64,000 nucleotides of DNA from assembly GCA_012295275.1 (NCBI GenBank), contig CM022675.1, forward strand, positions 5,890,001-5,954,000, given 5' to 3'. Source of the DNA: Chrysomallon squamiferum. Lineage: Eukaryota > Animalia > Mollusca. The notes under the pieces are model-generated. The model was given only the letters and a program-made list of their open reading frames with translations. It searched no databases and had not been told where the DNA came from. Of this stretch, positions 62,722-64,000 are shown in pieces (the first letter of the stretch is position 1; every line of letters starts with the position of its first letter). The position numbers and the translations under genes are program-made.

Positions 62722-63061
62722 GTTGTCAAGGGACCCACACAATCAAACATCTGCAATGTTTTACCTAGGCTCCATATTGGAATTATAAAGTGTTTTTAAT
62801 GGCTGAAATGATTAACAGTAAATTGTTTTGTTTACAGGTGACCTGTCAAGAGTTCAGTTAATTTGAACTTCCCACAACAATAACACGTGTAGAGGCAATG
62901 ATAGTTTTTGTCGACCTCATTTGCAGTGATTAATTGTTAATGTAGACTCGATATATTCCAGTAAATTATAAAGTAAAAACGTCATGGCCATATCACGGAC
63001 ATGGCCGAGGTTTACCGATTGAACCTACGAATACGTTTATGTGGGCGAAGTTTTCCGAATT

Positions 63062-63140
63062 CAGTGGTACCTGTCTTTTACAGCCCCCGAGATAAACGGC
63101 CACCTGCGATTTACGGACACTTTAGTTTTTTCAGTGGATA
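63062..63140 (+). mobile_element. Possible pogo/Tigger-type MITE end fragment (related fragment at ~63625-63675)
   Basis: cagtggtacctgtc..cggccacctgcgatttacggacacttt resembles ggacacctgcgatgttcggacacttt at ~63638. The CAGTGG start is typical of pogo-like TIRs. Confidence 0.3.
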
Positions 63141-63565
63141 TGTCCCTTAGATCAGCGGACACTTACTGATCACGTAAGAGGACTGCATTTTTGTTATTAT
63201 TGTCCTACTGCTGAAGCAGACACACACCGATTTTGATTCTTTTCTCCAAAATAAAGAATTGTATTGTTGTACGCCATCTTTATCGATATTTATTGGTACA
63301 TAATTTTGATAAGTGAATCATTCAAGATCATTCTAAGCAGATTAATATCTCGTAAAAACCGCGGACTTTAGAGGTGGATTTGGGTTTCAGACGCAATATT
63401 GTGTAAAACATATACTTATGCCTGTAATGAGTTCTAACGTCATAACGTGCAAAACAGGTTTCATTTACATCGATAAATGAACTCGATTAGTTTGCAATTG
63501 TGTTTGAAGAGAAAGCCATGAAACTTGCTGCAAATGGTGGACATGAAAAAAAAAATTGTGAATAC

Positions 63566-63600
<35 letters not shown>

Positions 63601-64000
63601 ATAATCAATTTCTGTAACTTTTGACCCTCTGAAGAGAGGACACCTGCGATGTTCGGACACTTTTGTTCGGTCCCACATGAGTACCAAAAAGACACTGTAC
63701 TTTCAGACTGTTCCATAAACAGGGTAAAGTGGCTACTATTGTGTCCTACATGAGTTTAGTTGAACAGATACTAAAAGGAACCAGCAGAAAACAATGAATA
63801 AAAATATAAGTTCCCAGTCTCTTTCAAACATTAGTTTTTAATTCAATACGCGGAAATATTCGGTCGTCAAGGTGGCAGGACGAGTTAAAATTTTGACCAT
63901 AAAATATTATAAATAAACACATGCATAGACAAACAGACTATTATTAAAACAGATAACTATATAGATAGCCAGAGTGAAAGAGGCAGACAGGTATATAGAT

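Noticed and set aside
62838-62870. Acceptor tttacag as the second coding exon of peptide copy 3
   Set aside because: The phase-1 frame gives GDLSRVQLI*, with no similarity to copies 1 and 2 and no second CX3C.

Overview
Eukaryotic, very AT-rich, microsatellite-laden genomic DNA with spliceosomal GT-AG introns. The repeat style and gene content suggest an invertebrate, probably a mollusc (inference). Most ORF-track entries are simple-repeat artefacts; the real genes had to be assembled by hand from splice sites. (A) 17643-21957 (+): 10-exon, ~279-aa single-pass membrane protein with a Ser-Gly ectodomain and a tail full of YxN/YxxL-type motifs, resembling the LAT adaptor in architecture. (B) 26522-35053 (+): 11-exon, ~725-aa type I receptor with a C-type-lectin-like domain interrupted by a WSC domain, a second CTL-like domain, a Ser/Thr stalk, a TM segment and a tail of 28-aa tyrosine repeats. 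(C) 39091-41039 (-): RING-coiled-coil-beta-propeller TRIM-like gene with two 1-nt frameshifts, plus a decayed tandem paralog at ~45-48 kb. (D) Three tandem copies (50351, 56741, 61015; +) of a small secreted, cationic C-X3-C...C-X3-C peptide gene. Its inter-cysteine region diverges far more than its UTR and signal, and copy 3 has its exon/splice-donor junction amplified ~26 times. The window also holds a Tc1/mariner DD34E deletion derivative, a decayed Sola2-like transposon, a 43-bp minisatellite, several local duplications and a collapsed relic of a gene-A paralog. Overall it looks like a fast-turnover, immune-type cluster (inference).
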